In this document: positions 13,390-27,400 of the stretch, one piece after another
Numbering within the stretch: position 1 is the stretch's first letter
How the letters are laid out: every line of letters starts with the position of its first letter
Source: Eledone cirrhosa
Lineage: Eukaryota
DNA length: 64,000 bases
Assembly (NCBI GenBank): GCA_964016885.1
Contig: OZ024740.1
Span: 137,516,001 to 137,580,000 of the forward strand
Direction of reading: 5' to 3'
Notes under the pieces: model-generated
What the model saw: the letters and a program-made list of their open reading frames with translations, nothing else
What the model was told of the DNA's origin: nothing
Database searches by the model: none
Program-made: the position numbers and the translations under genes

Positions 13390-16300
13390 ATGACTTTTCC
13401 CCCAATCTCCAAATCTCTCTTTCTCTTATCCCTTTTCTCTCAATCTCCAATTCTCTCTTTCTTTTCTCACTTTTCCCCCAACCTCCAATTCTCTCTTTCT
13501 CTTCACACTTTTCCTCCAATCTCCTATTCTCTCTTTCTTTTATCACTTTTCTCTCACTCTCCAATTCTCTCTTTCTCTTATGACTTTTCCCCCAATCTCC
13601 AATTCTCTCTTTCTCTTATCACTTTTCTCTCAATCTCCAATTCTCTCTTTCTTTTCTCACTTTTCCCCCAACCTCCAATTCTCTCTTTCTCTTCACACTT
13701 TTCCCCCAATCTCCAATTCTCTCTTTCTCTTATCACTTTCCCCCCAATCTCTAATTCTCTCTTTCTCTTATCCCTTTTCTCTCAATCTCCAATTCTCTCT
13801 TTCTTTTCTCACTTTTCCCCCAATCTCCAATTCTCTTTTTCTCTACACACAAATCCCCTAATCTCCAATTCTCTCTTTCACTTATCAATTTTCTCTCAAT
13901 CTCCAATTCTCTCTTTCTCTTCTCACTTTTCCCCCAATCTCCAATTCTCTCTTTCTCTCATCACTTTTCTCTCAATCTCCAATTCTCTCTTTCTCTTATC
14001 ACTTTTCCCCCATCTCCAATTCTATCTTTCTCTTATCACTTTTCTCTCAATCTCCAATTCTCTCTTTCTCTTATCACTTTTCTCTCAATCTCCAAATCTC
14101 TCTTTCTCAAATGACTTTTCTCTCAATCTCCTATTCTCTCTTTCTCTTATCACTTTTCTCTCAATCTCTAATTCCCTCTTTCTCTTATCACTTTTCTCTC
14201 AATCTCTAATTATCTCTTTCCCTTATCACTTTTCTCTCAATCTCCAATTCTCTCTTTTTCTTATCACTTTTCTCTCAATCTCCAATTCTCTCTTTCTCTT
14301 ATCACTTTTCCCCCCAATCTCCAATTCTCTCTTTCTCTTATCACTTTTCTCTCACTCTCCAATTCTCTATTTCTCTTATGACTTTTCCCCCAATCTCCAA
14401 TTCTCTCTTTCTCTTATCGCTTTTCTCTCAATCTCCAATTCTCTCTTAGTCTTCTCACTTTTCCCCCAATCTCCAATTCTCTCTTTCTCTTCACAATTTT
14501 CCCCCAATCTCCAATTCTCTCTTTCTCTTATCACATTTCCCCCAATCTCCAATTCTCTCTTTCTCTTATCCCTTTTCTCTCAATCTCCAATTCTCTCAAT
14601 CTCTTATCACTTTTCTCTCAATCTCCAATTCCCTCTTTCTCTTATCACTTTTCTCTCAATCTCTAATTTTCTCTTTCTCTTATCACTTTTCTCTCAATCT
14701 CCAATTCTCTCTTTCTCTTATCACTTTTCCCCCAATCTCCAATTCTCTCATTCTCTTATCACTTTTCTCTCAATCTCCAATTCTCTCTTTCTCTTATCAC
14801 TTTTCCCCCAATCTCCAAATCTCTCTTTCTCTTATCACTTTTCTCTCCCTCTCCAATTCTCTATTTCTCTTATGACTTTTCCCCCAATCCCCAATTCTCT
14901 CTTTCTATTATCAATTTTCTCTCAATCTCCAATTCTCTCTTTGTCTTCTCACTTTTCTGTCAATCTCCAATCCTCTCTTTCTGTTCTCAGTTTACCCCCT
15001 ATCTCCAATTCTCTCTTTCTCTCATCACTTTTCTCTCAATCTCCAATTCTCTCTTTCTCTTATCACTTTTCCCCCATCTCCAATTCTCTCTTTCTCTTAT
15101 CACTTTTCTCTCAATCTCCCATTCTCTCTTTCTCTTATCACTTTTCTCTCAAACTCCAATTCTCTCTTTCTCTTATCACTTTTCTCTCAATCTCCAATTC
15201 TCTCTTTCTCTTATCACTTTTCTCTCAATCTCCAATTCTCTCTTTCTCTCATCACTTTTCTCGCAATTTCCAATTCTCTCTTTCTCTTATCACTTTTCCC
15301 CCAATCTCCAATTCTCTCTTTCTCTTATCACTTTTCTCTCACTCTCCAATTCTCTCTTTCTCTTATCACTTTTCCCCCAATCTCCAATTCTCTCTTTCTC
15401 TTATCAATTTTCTCTCAATCTCCAATTCTTTCTTTCTCTAATCACTTTTCCCCCAATCTCCAATTCTCTCTTTCTCTTATCACTTTTCTCTCAATCTCCA
15501 ATTCTCCTTTTCACTTATCACTTTTTCTCAATCTCCATTTCTCTCTTTCTCTTCGCACTCTTCCCCCAATCTCCAATTCTCTCTTTCTCTTCTCACATTT
15601 TCCCCAATCTCCAATTCTCTCTTTCTCTCATAATTTTCTCTCAATCTCCAATTCTCTCTTTCTGTTATCAATTTTCTCTCAATCTCCAATTCTCTCTTTC
15701 TATTATCACTTTTCTCTCAATCTCCAATTCTCTCTTTCTCTTATCACTTTTCTCTCCATCTCCAAATCTCTCTTTCTCTTCTCACTTTTCTTCCAATCTC
15801 CAATTCTCTCTTTCTCTTCTCACTTTTCCCCCAATCTCCAATTCTCTCTTTCTCTCATCACTTTTCTCTCAATCTCCAATTCTCTCTTTCTCTTACCACT
15901 TTTCTCTCAATCTCCAATTCTCTCTTTCTCTCATCACTTTTCCCCCATCTCCAATTCTCTCTTTCTCTTATCACTTTTCTCTCAATCTCCAATTCTCTCT
16001 TTCCCTTATCACTTTTCTCTCAATCTCCAATTCTCTCTTTCTCAAATCACTTTTCTCTCAATCTCCTATTCTCTCTTTCTCTTATCACTTTTCTCTCACT
16101 CTCCAATTCTCTCTTTCTCTTATGACTTTTCCCCCAATCTCCAATTCTCTCTTTCTCTTATCCCTTTTCTCTCAATCTCCAATTCTCTCTTTCTTTTCTC
16201 ACTTTTCCCCCAACCTCCAATTCTCTCTTTCTCTTCACACTTTTCCTCCAATCTCCTATTCTCTCTTTCTTTTATCACTTTTCTCTCACTCTCCAATTCT

Positions 16301-18500
16301 CTCTTTCTCTTATGACTTTTCCCCCAATCTCCAATTCTCTCTTTCTCTTATCACTTTTCTCTCAATCTCCAATTCTCTCTTTCTTTTCTCACTTTTCCCC
16401 CAACCTCCAATTCTCTCTTTCTCTTCACACTTTTCCCCCAATCTCCAATTCTCTCTTTCTCTTATCACTTTCCTCCAATCTCTAATTCTCTCTTTCTCTT
16501 ATCCCTTTTCTCTCAATCTCCAATTCTCTCTTTCTTTTCTCACTTTTCCCCCAATCTCCAATTCTCTTTTTCTCTACACACAAATCACCTAATCACCAAT
16601 TCTCTCTTTCACTTATCAATTTTCTCTCAATCTCCAATTCTCTCTTTCTCTTCTCACTTTTCCCCCAATCTCCAATTCTCTCTTTCTCTCATCACTTTTC
16701 TCTCAATCTTCAATTCTCTCTTTCTCTTATCACTTTTCCCCCATCTCCAATTCTATCTTTCTCTTATCACTTTTCTCTCAATCTCCAATTCTCTCTTTCT
16801 CTTATCACTTTTCTCTCAATCTCCAAATCTCTCTTTCTCAAATGACTTTTCTCTCAATCTCCTATTCTCTCTTTCTCTTATCACTTTTCTCTCAATCTCC
16901 AATTCCCTCTTTCTCTTATCACTTTTCTCTCAATCTCTAATTATCTCTTTCCCTTATCACTTTTCTCTCAATCTCCAATTCTCTTTTTCTCTTATCACTT
17001 TTCTCTCAATCTCCAATTCTCTCTTTCTCTTATCACTTTTCCCCCCAATCTCCAATTCTCTCTTTCTCTTATCACTTTTCTCTCACTCTCCAATTCTCTC
17101 TTTCTCTTATGACTTTTCCCCCAATCTCCAATTCTCTCTTTCTCTTATCGCTTTTCTCTCAATCTCCAATTCTCTCTTAGTCTTCTCACTTTTCCCCCAA
17201 TCTCCAATTCTCTCTTTCTCTTCACAATTTTCCCCCAATCTCCAATTCTCTCTTTCTCTTATCACATTTCCCCCAATCTCCAATTCTCTCTTTCTCTTAT
17301 CCCTTTTCTCTCAATCTCCAATTCTCTCAATCTCTTATCACTTTTCTCTCAATCTCCAATTCCCTCTTTCTCTTATCACTTTTCTCTCAATCTCTAATTC
17401 TCTCTTTCTCTTATCACTTTTCTCTCAATCTCCAATTCTCTCTTTCTCTTATCACTTTTCCCCCAATCTCCAATTCTCTCATTCTCTTATCACTTTTCTC
17501 TCAATCTCCAATTCTCTCTTTCTCTTATCACTTTTCCCCCAATCTCCAAATCTCTCTTTCTCTTATCACTTTTCTCTCACTCTCCAATTCTCTATTTCTC
17601 TTATGACTTTTCCCCCAATCCCCAATTCTCTCTTTCTATTATCAATTTTCTCTCAATCTCCAATTCTCTCTTTGTCTTCTCACTTTTCAGTCAATCTCCA
17701 ATCCTCTCTTTCTGTTCTCAGTTTACCCCCTATCTCCAATTCTCTCTTTCTCTCATCACTTTTCTCTCAATCTCCAATTCTCTCTTTCTCTTATCACTTT
17801 TCCCCCATCTCCAATTCTCTCTTTCTCTTATCACTTTTCTCTCAATCTCCCATTCTCTCTTTCTCTTATCACTTTTCTCTCAATCTCCAATTCTCTCTTT
17901 CTCTTATCACTTTTCTCTCAATCTCCAATTCTCTCTTTCTCTTATCACTTTTCTCTCAATCTCCAATTCTCTCTTTCTCTTATCACTTTTCTCTCAATCT
18001 CCAATTCTCTCTTTCTCTTATCACTTTTCCCCCAATCTCCAATTCTCTCTTTCTCTTATCACTTTTCTCTCACTCTCCAATTCTCTCTTTCTCTTATCAC
18101 TTTTCCCCCAATCTCCAATTCTCTCTTTCTCTTATCAATTTTCTCTCAATCTCCAATTCTTTCTTTCTCTAATCACTTTTCCCCCAATCTCCAATTCTCT
18201 CTTTCTCTTATCACTTTTCTCTCAATCTCCAATTCTCCTTTTCACTTATCACTTTTTCTCAATCTCCATTTCTCTCTTTCTCTTCTCACTCTTCCCCCAA
18301 TCTCCAATTCTCTCTTTCTCTTCTCACATTTTCCCCAATCTCCAATTCTCTCTTTCTCTCATAACTTTTCTCTCAATCTCCAATTCTCTCTTTCTGTTAT
18401 CAATTTTCTCTCAATCTCCAATTCTCTCTTTCTATTATCACTTTTCTCTCAATCTCCAATTCTCTCTTTCTCTTATCACTTTTCTCTCCATCTCCAAGTC
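13390..18500. repeat. Tandem duplication with 2731-bp period (~72 monomers)
   Basis: ORF stops 13861/16592 and 15441/18172, and the G-marker at 14981/17712, all differ by 2731. Confidence 0.85.
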
Positions 18501-21470
18501 TCTCTTTCTCTTATCACTTTTCTCTCAATCTCCAAATCTCTCTTTCTCTTCTCACTTTTCTCCCAATCTCCAATTCTCTCTTTCTCTTCTCACTTTTCCC
18601 CCAATCTCCAATTCTCTCTTTCTCTTATCACTTTTCTCTCACTCTCCAATTCTCTCTTTCTCTTATCACTTTTCCCCCAATCTCCAATTCTCTCTTTCTC
18701 TTATCAATTTTCTCTCAATCTCCAATTCTTTCTTTCTCTAATCACTTTTCCCCCAATCTCCAATTCTCTCTTTCTCTTATCACTTTTCTCTCAATCTCCA
18801 ATTCTCCTTTTCACTTATCACTTTTTCTCAATCTCCATTTCTCTCTTTCTCTTCTCACTCTTCCCCCAATCTCCAATTCTCTCTTTCTCTTCTCACATTT
18901 TCCCCAATCTCCAATTCTCTCTTTCTCTCATAACTTTTCTCTCAATCTCCAATTCTCTCTTTCTGTTATCAATTTTCTCTCAATCTCCAATTCTCTCTTT
19001 CTATTATCACTTTTCTCTCAATCTCCAATTCTCTCTTTCTCTTATCACTTTTCTCTCAATCTCCAATTCTCTCTTTCTCTTACCACTTTTCTCTCAATCA
19101 CCAATTCTCTCTTTCTCTCATCACTTTTCCCCCATCTCCAATTCTCTCTTTCTCTTATCACTTTTCTCTCAATCTCCAATTCTCTCTTTCCCTTATCACT
19201 TTTCTCTCAATCTCCAATTCTCTCTTTCTCAAATCACTTTTCTCTCAATCTCCTATTCTCTCTTTCTCTTATCACTTTTCTCTCACTCTCCAATTCACTC
19301 TTTCTCTTATGACTTTTCCCCCAATCTCTAATTCTCTCTTTCTCTTATCCCTTTTCTCTCAATCTCCAATTCTCTCTTTCTTTTCTCACTTTTCCCCCAT
19401 CTCCAATTCTCTCTTTCTCTTATCACTTTTCTCTCAATCTCCAATTCTCTCTTTCCCTTATCACTTTTCTCTCAATCTCCAATTCTCTCTTTCTCAAATC
19501 ACTTTTCTCTCAATCTCCTATTCTCTCTTTCTCTTATCACTTTTCTCTCAATCTCTAATTCTCTCTTTCTCTTATCACTTTTCTCTCAATCTCCAATTCT
19601 CTCTTCTCTTATCACTTTTCCCCCAATCTCCAATTCTCTCATTCTCTTATCACTTTTCTCTCAATCTCCAATTCTCTCTTTCTCTTATCACTTTTCCCCC
19701 AATCTCCAAATCTCTCTTTCTCTTATCACTTTTCTCTCACTCTCCAATTCTCTATTTCTCTTATGACTTTTCCCCCAATCCCCAATTCTCTCTTTCTATT
19801 ATCAATTTTCTCTCAATCTCCAATTCTCTCTTTGTCTTCTCACTTTTCAGTCAATCTCCAATCCTCTCTTTCTGTTCTCAGTTTACCCCCTATCTCCAAT
19901 TCTCTCTTTCTCTCATCACTTTTCTCTCAATCTCCAATTCTCTCTTTCTCTTATCACTTTTCCCCCATCTCCAATTCTCTCTTTCTCTTATCACTTTTCT
20001 CTCAATCTCCCATTCTCTCTTTCTCTTATCACTTTTCTCTCAATCTCCAATTCTCTCTTTCTCTTATCACTTTTCTCTCAATCTCCAATTCTCTCTTTCT
20101 CTTATCACTTTTCTCTCAATCTCCAATTCTCTCTTTCTCTTATCACTTTTCTCTCAATCTCCAATTCTCTCTTTCTCTTATCACTTTTCCCCCAATCTCC
20201 AATTCTCTCTTTCTCTTATCACTTTTCTCTCACTCTCCAATTCTCTCTTTCTCTTATCACTTTCCCCCAATCTCCAATTCTCTCTTTCTCTTATCAATTT
20301 TCTCTCAATCTCCAATTCTTTCTTCTCTAATCACTTTTCCCCCAATCTCCAATTCTCTCTTTCTCTTATCACTTTTCTCTCAATCTCCAATTCTCCTTTT
20401 CACTTATCACTTTTTCTCAATCTCCATTTCTCTCTTTCTCTTCTCACTCTTCCCCCAATCTCCAATTCTCTCTTTCTCTTCTCACATTTTCCCCAATCTC
20501 CAATTCTCTCTTTCTCTCATAACTTTTCTCTCAATCTCCAATTCTCTCTTTCTGTTATCAATTTTCTCTCAATCTCCAATTCTCTCTTTCTATTATCACT
20601 TTTCTCTCAATCTCCAATTCTCTCTTTCTCTTATCACTTTTCTCTCCATCTCCAAGTCTCTCTTTCTCTTATCACTTTTCTCTCAATCTCCAAATCTCTC
20701 TTTCTCTTCTCACTTTTCTCCCAATCTCCAATTCTCTCTTTCTCTTCTCACTTTTCCCCCAATCTCCAATTCTCTCTTTCTCTATCACTTTTCTCTCACT
20801 CTCCAATTCTCTCTTTCTCTTATCACTTTTCCCCCAATCTCCAATTCTCTCTTTCTCTTATCAATTTTCTCTCAATCTCCAATTCTTTCTTTCTCTAATC
20901 ACTTTTCCCCCAATCTCCAATTCTCTCTTTCTCTTATCACTTTTCTCTCAATCTCCAATTCTCCTTTTCACTTATCACTTTTTCTCAATCTCCATTTCTC
21001 TCTTTCTCTTCTCACTCTTCCCCCAATCTCCAATTCTCTCTTTCTCTTCTCACATTTTCCCCAATCTCCAATTCTCTCTTTCTCTCATAACTTTTCTCTC
21101 AATCTCCAATTCTCTCTTTCTGTTATCAATTTTCTCTCAATCTCCAATTCTCTCTTTCTATTATCACTTTTCTCTCAATCTCCAATTCTCTCTTTCTCTT
21201 ATCACTTTTCTCTCAATCTCCAATTCTCTCTTTCTCTTACCACTTTTCTCTCAATCACCAATTCTCTCTTTCTCTCATCACTTTTCCCCCATCTCCAATT
21301 CTCTCTTTCTCTTATCACTTTTCTCTCAATCTCCAATTCTCTCTTTCCCTTATCACTTTTCTCTCAATCTCCAATTCTCTCTTTCTCAAATCACTTTTCT
21401 CTCAATCTCCTATTCTCTCTTTCTCTTATCACTTTTCTCTCACTCTCCAATTCACTCTTTCTCTTATGAC
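17400..21470. repeat. ~2160-bp tandem duplication, each copy containing a nested ~569-bp (15-monomer) duplication
   Basis: ORF starts are 17603/19763 (2160) and 19309/21466 (2157). The private variant TTTTCAGTCAAT is in both copies. CTCTAA ends at 18172/18741 and 20330/20898. Confidence 0.85.
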
Positions 21471-24400
21471 TTTTCCCCCAATCTCCAATTCTCTCTTTCT
21501 CTTATCCCTTTTCTCTCAATCTCCAATTCTCTCTTTCTTTTCTCACTTTTCCCCCAACCTCCAATTCTCTCTTTCTCTTCACACTTTTCCCCCAATCTCC
21601 AATTTTCTCTTTCTCTTATCACTTTTCCCCCAATCTCTAATTCTCTCTTTCTCTTATCCCTTTTCTCTCAATCTCCAATTCTCTCTTTCTTTTCTCACTT
21701 TTCCCCCATCTCCAATTCTCTCTTTCTCTTATCACTTTTCTCTCAATCTCCAATTCTCTCTTTCCCTTATCACTTTTCTCTCAATCTCCAATTCTCTCTT
21801 CTCAAATCACTTTTCTCTCAATCTCCTATTCTCTCTTTCTCTTATCACTTTTCTCTCACTCTCCAATTCTCTCTTTCTCTTATGACTTTTCCCCGAATCT
21901 CCAATTCTCTCTTTCTCTCATCACTTTTCTCTCAATTCTCCAATTCTCTCTTTCTCTTATCACTTTTCTCTCAATCTCCAATTCTCTCTTTCTCTTATCA
22001 CTTTTCCCCCCATCTCCAATCTCTCTTTCTCTTATCACTTTCTCTCAATCTCCAATTCTCTCTTTCCCTTATCACTTTCTTCTCAATCTCCAATTCTCTC
22101 TTTCTCAAATCACTTTTCTCTCAATCTCCTATTCTCTCTTTCTCTTATCACTTTTCTCTCACTCTCCAATTCTCTCTTTCTCTTATGACTTTTCCCCCAA
22201 TCTCCAATTCTCTCTTTCTCTTATCCCTTTTCTCTCAATCTCCAATTCTCTCTTTCTTTCTCACTTTTCCCCCAACCTCCAATTCTCTCTTCTCTTCACA
22301 CTTTTCCCCCAATCTCCAATTCTCTCTCTTTCTCTTATCACTTTCCCCCAATCTCTAATTCTCTCTTTCTCTTATCCCTTTTCTCTCAATCTCCAATTCT
22401 CTCTTTCTTTTCTCACTTTTCCCCCAATCTCCAATTCTCTATTCTCTACACACAAATCCCCTAATCTCCAATTCTCTCTTTCACTTATCAATTTTCTCTC
22501 AATCTCCAATTCTCTCTTTCTCTTATCACTTTTCTCTCAATCTCCAATTCTCTCAATCTCTTATCACTTTTCTCTCAATCTCCAATTCCTCTTTCTCTTA
22601 TCACTTTTCTCTCAATCTCTAATTCTCTCTTTCTCTCATCACTTTTCCACAATCTCCAATCTCTCTTTCTCTTATCACTTTTCTCTCAATCTCCAATTCT
22701 CTCTTTCTCTTATCACTTTTCCCCCAATCTCCAATTCTCTCTTTCTCTTATCACTTTTCTCGCACTCTCCAATTCTCTATTTCTCTTATGACGTTTCCCC
22801 AATCTCCAATTCTCTCTTTCTCTTATCACTTTTCCCCCCATCTCCAATTCTCTCTTCTCTTATCACTTTTCTCTCACTCTCCAATTCTCTCTTTCTCTTA
22901 TGACTTTTCCCCCAATCTCCAAATCTCTCTTTCTCTTATCCCTTTTCTCTCAATCTCCAATTCTCTCTTTCTTTTCTCACTTTTCCCCCAACCTCCAATT
23001 CTCTCTTCTCTTCACACTTTTCCCCCAATCTCCAATTCTCTCTTTCTCTTATCACTTTTCCCCCAATCTCAAAATTCTCTCTTTCTCTTATCCCTTTTCT
23101 CTCAATCTCCAATTCTCTCTTTCTTTTCTCAATTTTCCCCCAATCTCCAATTCTCTCTTTCTCTCATCACTTTTCTCTGAATCTCCAATTCTCTCTTTCT
23201 CTTATCACTTTTCTCTCCATCTCCAATTCTCTCTTTCTCTTATCACTTTTCTCTCAATCTCCAAATCTCTCTTTCTCTTCTCACTTTCCCCCAATCTCCA
23301 ATTCTCTCTTTCTCTTCTCACTTTTCCCCCAATCTCCAATTCTCTCTTTCTCTCATCACTTTTCTGTCAATCTCCAATTCTCTCTTTCCCTTATCACTTT
23401 TCTCTCAATCTCCAATTCTCTCTTTCTCAAATGACTTTTCTCTCAATCTCCTATTCTCTCTTTCTCTTATCACTTTTCTCTCAATCTCCAATTCCCTCTT
23501 TCTCTTATCACTTTTCTCTCAATCTCTAATTATCTCTTTCTCTTATCACTTTTCTCTAAATCTCCAATTCTCTCTTATTCTTATCACTTTTCTCTCAATC
23601 TCCAATTCTCTCTTTCTCTTATCACTTTTCCCCCAATCTCCAATTCTCTCTTTCTCTTATCACTTTTCCCCCATCTCCTATTCTCTCTTTCTCTTATCAC
23701 TTTTCTCTCAATCTCCAATTCTCTCTTTCTCTTATCACTTTTCTCTCAATCTCCAATTCTCTCTTTCTCTCATCACTTTTCCCACCAATCTCCAATTCTC
23801 TCTTTCTCTTATCACTTTTCTCTCACTCTCCAATTCTCTCTTTCTCTTATGACTTTTCCCCCAATCTCCAATTCTCTCTTTCTCTTATCGCTTTTCTCTC
23901 AATCTCCAATTCTCTCTTAGTCTTCTCACTTTTCCCCCAATCTCCAATTCTCTCTTTCTCTTCACAATTTTCCCCCAATCTCCAATTCTCTCTTTCTCTT
24001 ATCACATTTCCCCCAATCTCCAATTCTCTCTTTCTCTTATCCCTTTTCTCTCAATCTCCAATTCTCTCAATCTCTTATCACTTTTCTCTCAATCTCCAAT
24101 TCCCTCTTTCTCTTATCACTTTTCTCTCAATCTCTAATTCTCTCTTTCTCATATCACTTTTCTCTCAATCTCCAATTCTCTCTTTCTCTTATCACTTTTC
24201 CCCCAATCTCCAATTCTCTCATTCTCTTATCACTTTTCTCTCAATCTCCAATTCTCTCTTTCTCTTATCACTTTTCCCCCAATCTCCAAATCTCTCTTTC
24301 TCTTATCACTTTTCTCTCAATCTCCAATTCCCTCTTTCTCTTATCACTTTTCTCTCAATCTCTAATTATCTCTTTCCCTTATCACTTTTCTCTCAATCTC

Positions 24401-27400
24401 CAATTCTCTCTTTCTCTTATCACTTTTCTCTCAATCTCCAATTCTCTCTTTCTCTTATCACTTTTCCCCCCAATCTCCAATTCTCTCTTTCTCTTATCAC
24501 TTTTCTCTCACTCTCCAATTCTCTCTTTCTCTTATGACTTTTCCCCCAATCTCCAATTCTCTCTTTCTCTTATCGCTTTTCTCTCAATCTCCAATTCTCT
24601 CTTAGTCTTCTCACTTTCCCCCCAATCTCCAATTCTCTCTTTCTCTTATCACTTTTCCCCCATCTCCTATTCTCTCTTTCTCTTATCACTTTTCTCTCAA
24701 TCTCCAATTCTCTCTTTCTCTTATCACTTTTCTCTCAATCTCCAATTCTCTCTTTCTCTCATCACTTTTCCCACCAATCTCCAATTCTCTCTTTCTCTTA
24801 TCACTTTTCTCTCACTCTCCAATTCTCTCTTTCTCTTATGACTTTTCCCCCAATCTCCAATTCTCTCTTTCTCTTATCGCTTTTCTCTCAATCTCCAATT
24901 CTCTCTTAGTCTTCTCACTTTTCCCCCAATCTCCAATTCTCTCTTTCTCTTCACAATTTTCCCCCAATCTCCAATTCTCTCTTTCTCTTATCACATTTCC
25001 CCCAATCTCCAATTCTCTCTTTCTCTTATCCCTTTTCTCTCAATCTCCAATTCTCTCAATCTCTTATCACTTTTCTCTCAATCTCCAATTCCCTCTTTCT
25101 CTTATCACTTTTCTCTCAATCTCTAATTCTCTCTTTCTCATATCACTTTTCTCTCAATCTCCAATTCTCTCTTTCTCTTATCACTTTTCCCCCAATCTCC
25201 AATTCTCTCATTCTCTTATCACTTTTCTCTCAATCTCCAATTCTCTCTTTCTCTTATCACTTTTCCCCCAATCTCCAAATCTCTCTTTCTCTTATCACTT
25301 TTCTCTCAATCTCCAATTCCCTCTTTCTCTTATCACTTTTCTCTCAATCTCTAATTATCTCTTTCCCTTATCACTTTTCTCTCAATCTCCAATTCTCTCT
25401 TTCTCTTATCACTTTTCTCTCAATCTCCAATTCTCTCTTTCTCTTATCACTTTTCCCCCCAATCTCCAATTCTCTCTTTCTCTTATCACTTTTCTCTCAC
25501 TCTCCAATTCTCTCTTTCTCTTATGACTTTTCCCCCAATCTCCAATTCTCTCTTTCTCTTATCGCTTTTCTCTCAATCTCCAATTCTCTCTTAGTCTTCT
25601 CACTTTCCCCCCAATCTCCAATTCTCTCTTTCTCTTCACAATTTTCCCCCAATCTCCAATTCTCTCTTTCTCTTATCACATTTCCCCCAATCTCCAATTC
25701 TCTCTTTCTCTTATCCCTTTTCTCTCAATCTCCAATTCTCTCAATCTCTTATCACTTTTCTCTCAATCTCCAATTCCCTCTTTCTCTTATCACTTTTCTC
25801 TCAATCTCTAATTCTCTCTTTCTCTTATCACTTTTCTCTCAATCTCCAATTCTCTCTTTCTCTTATCACTTTTCCCCCAATCTCCAATTCTCTCATTCTC
25901 TTATCACTTTTCTCTCAATCTCCAATTCTCTCTTTCTCTTATCACTTTTCCCCCAATCTCCAAATCTCTCTTTCTCTTATCACTTTTCTCTCACTCTCCA
26001 ATTCTCTATTTCTCTTATGACTTTTCCCCCAATCCCCAATTCTCTCTTTCTATTATCAATTTTCTCTCAATCTCCAATTCTCTCTTTGTCTTCTCACTTT
26101 TCTGTCAATCTCCAATCCTCTCTTTCTGTTCTCAGTTTACCCCCTATCTCCAATTCTCTCTTTCTCTCATCACTTTTCTCTCAATCTCCAATTCTCTCTT
26201 TCTCTTATCACTTTTCCCCCATCTCCAATTCTCTCTTTCTCTTATCACTTTTCTCTCAATCTCCCATTCTCTCTTTCTCTTATCACTTTTCTCTCAATCT
26301 CCAATTCTCTCTTTCTCTTATCACTTTTCTCTCAATCTCCAATTCTCTCTTTCTCTTATCACTTTTCTCTCAATCTCCAATTCTCTCTTTCTCTTATCAC
26401 TTTTCTCTCAATCTCCAATTCTCTCTTTCTCTTATCACTTTTCCCCCAATCTCCAATTCTCTCTTTCTCTTATCACTTTTCTCTCACTCTCCAATTCTCT
26501 CTTTCTCTTATCACTTTTCCCCCAATCTCCAATTCTCTCTTTCTCTTATCAATTTTCTCTCAATCTCCAATTCTTTCTTTCTCTAATCACTTTTCCCCCA
26601 ATCTCCAATTCTCTCTTTCTCTTATCACTTTTCTCTCAATCTCCAATTCTCCTTTTCACTTATCACTTTTTCTCAATCTCCATTTCTCTCTTTCTCTTCT
26701 CACTCTTCCCCCAATCTCCAATTCTCTCTTTCTCTTCTCACATTTTCCCCAATCTCCAATTCTCTCTTTCTCTCATAACTTTTCTCTCAATCTCCAATTC
26801 TCTCTTTCTGTTATCAATTTTCTCTCAATCTCCAATTCTCTCTTTCTATTATCACTTTTCTCTCAATCTCCAATTCTCTCTTTCTCTTATCACTTTTCTC
26901 TCAATCTCCAATTCTCTCTTTCTCTTACCACTTTTCTCTCAATCACCAATTCTCTCTTTCTCTCATCACTTTTCCCCCATCTCCAATTCTCTCTTTCTCT
27001 TATCACTTTTCTCTCAATCTCCAATTCTCTCTTTCCCTTATCACTTTTCTCTCAATCTCCAATTCTCTCTTTCTCAAATCACTTTTCTCTCAATCTCCTA
27101 TTCTCTCTTTCTCTTATCACTTTTCTCTCACTCTCCAATTCTCTCTTTCTCTTATGACTTTTCCCCCAATCTCCAATTCTCTCTTTCTCTTATCCCTTTT
27201 CTCTCAATCTCCAATTCTCTCTTTCTTTTCTCACTTTTCCCCCAACCTCCAATTCTCTCTTTCTCTTCACACTTTTCCCCCAATCTCCAATTTTCTCTTT
27301 CTCTTATCACTTTTCCCCCAATCTCTAATTCTCTCTTTCTCTTATCCCTTTTCTCTCAATCTCCAATTCTCTCTTTCTTTTCTCACTTTTCCCCCATCTC

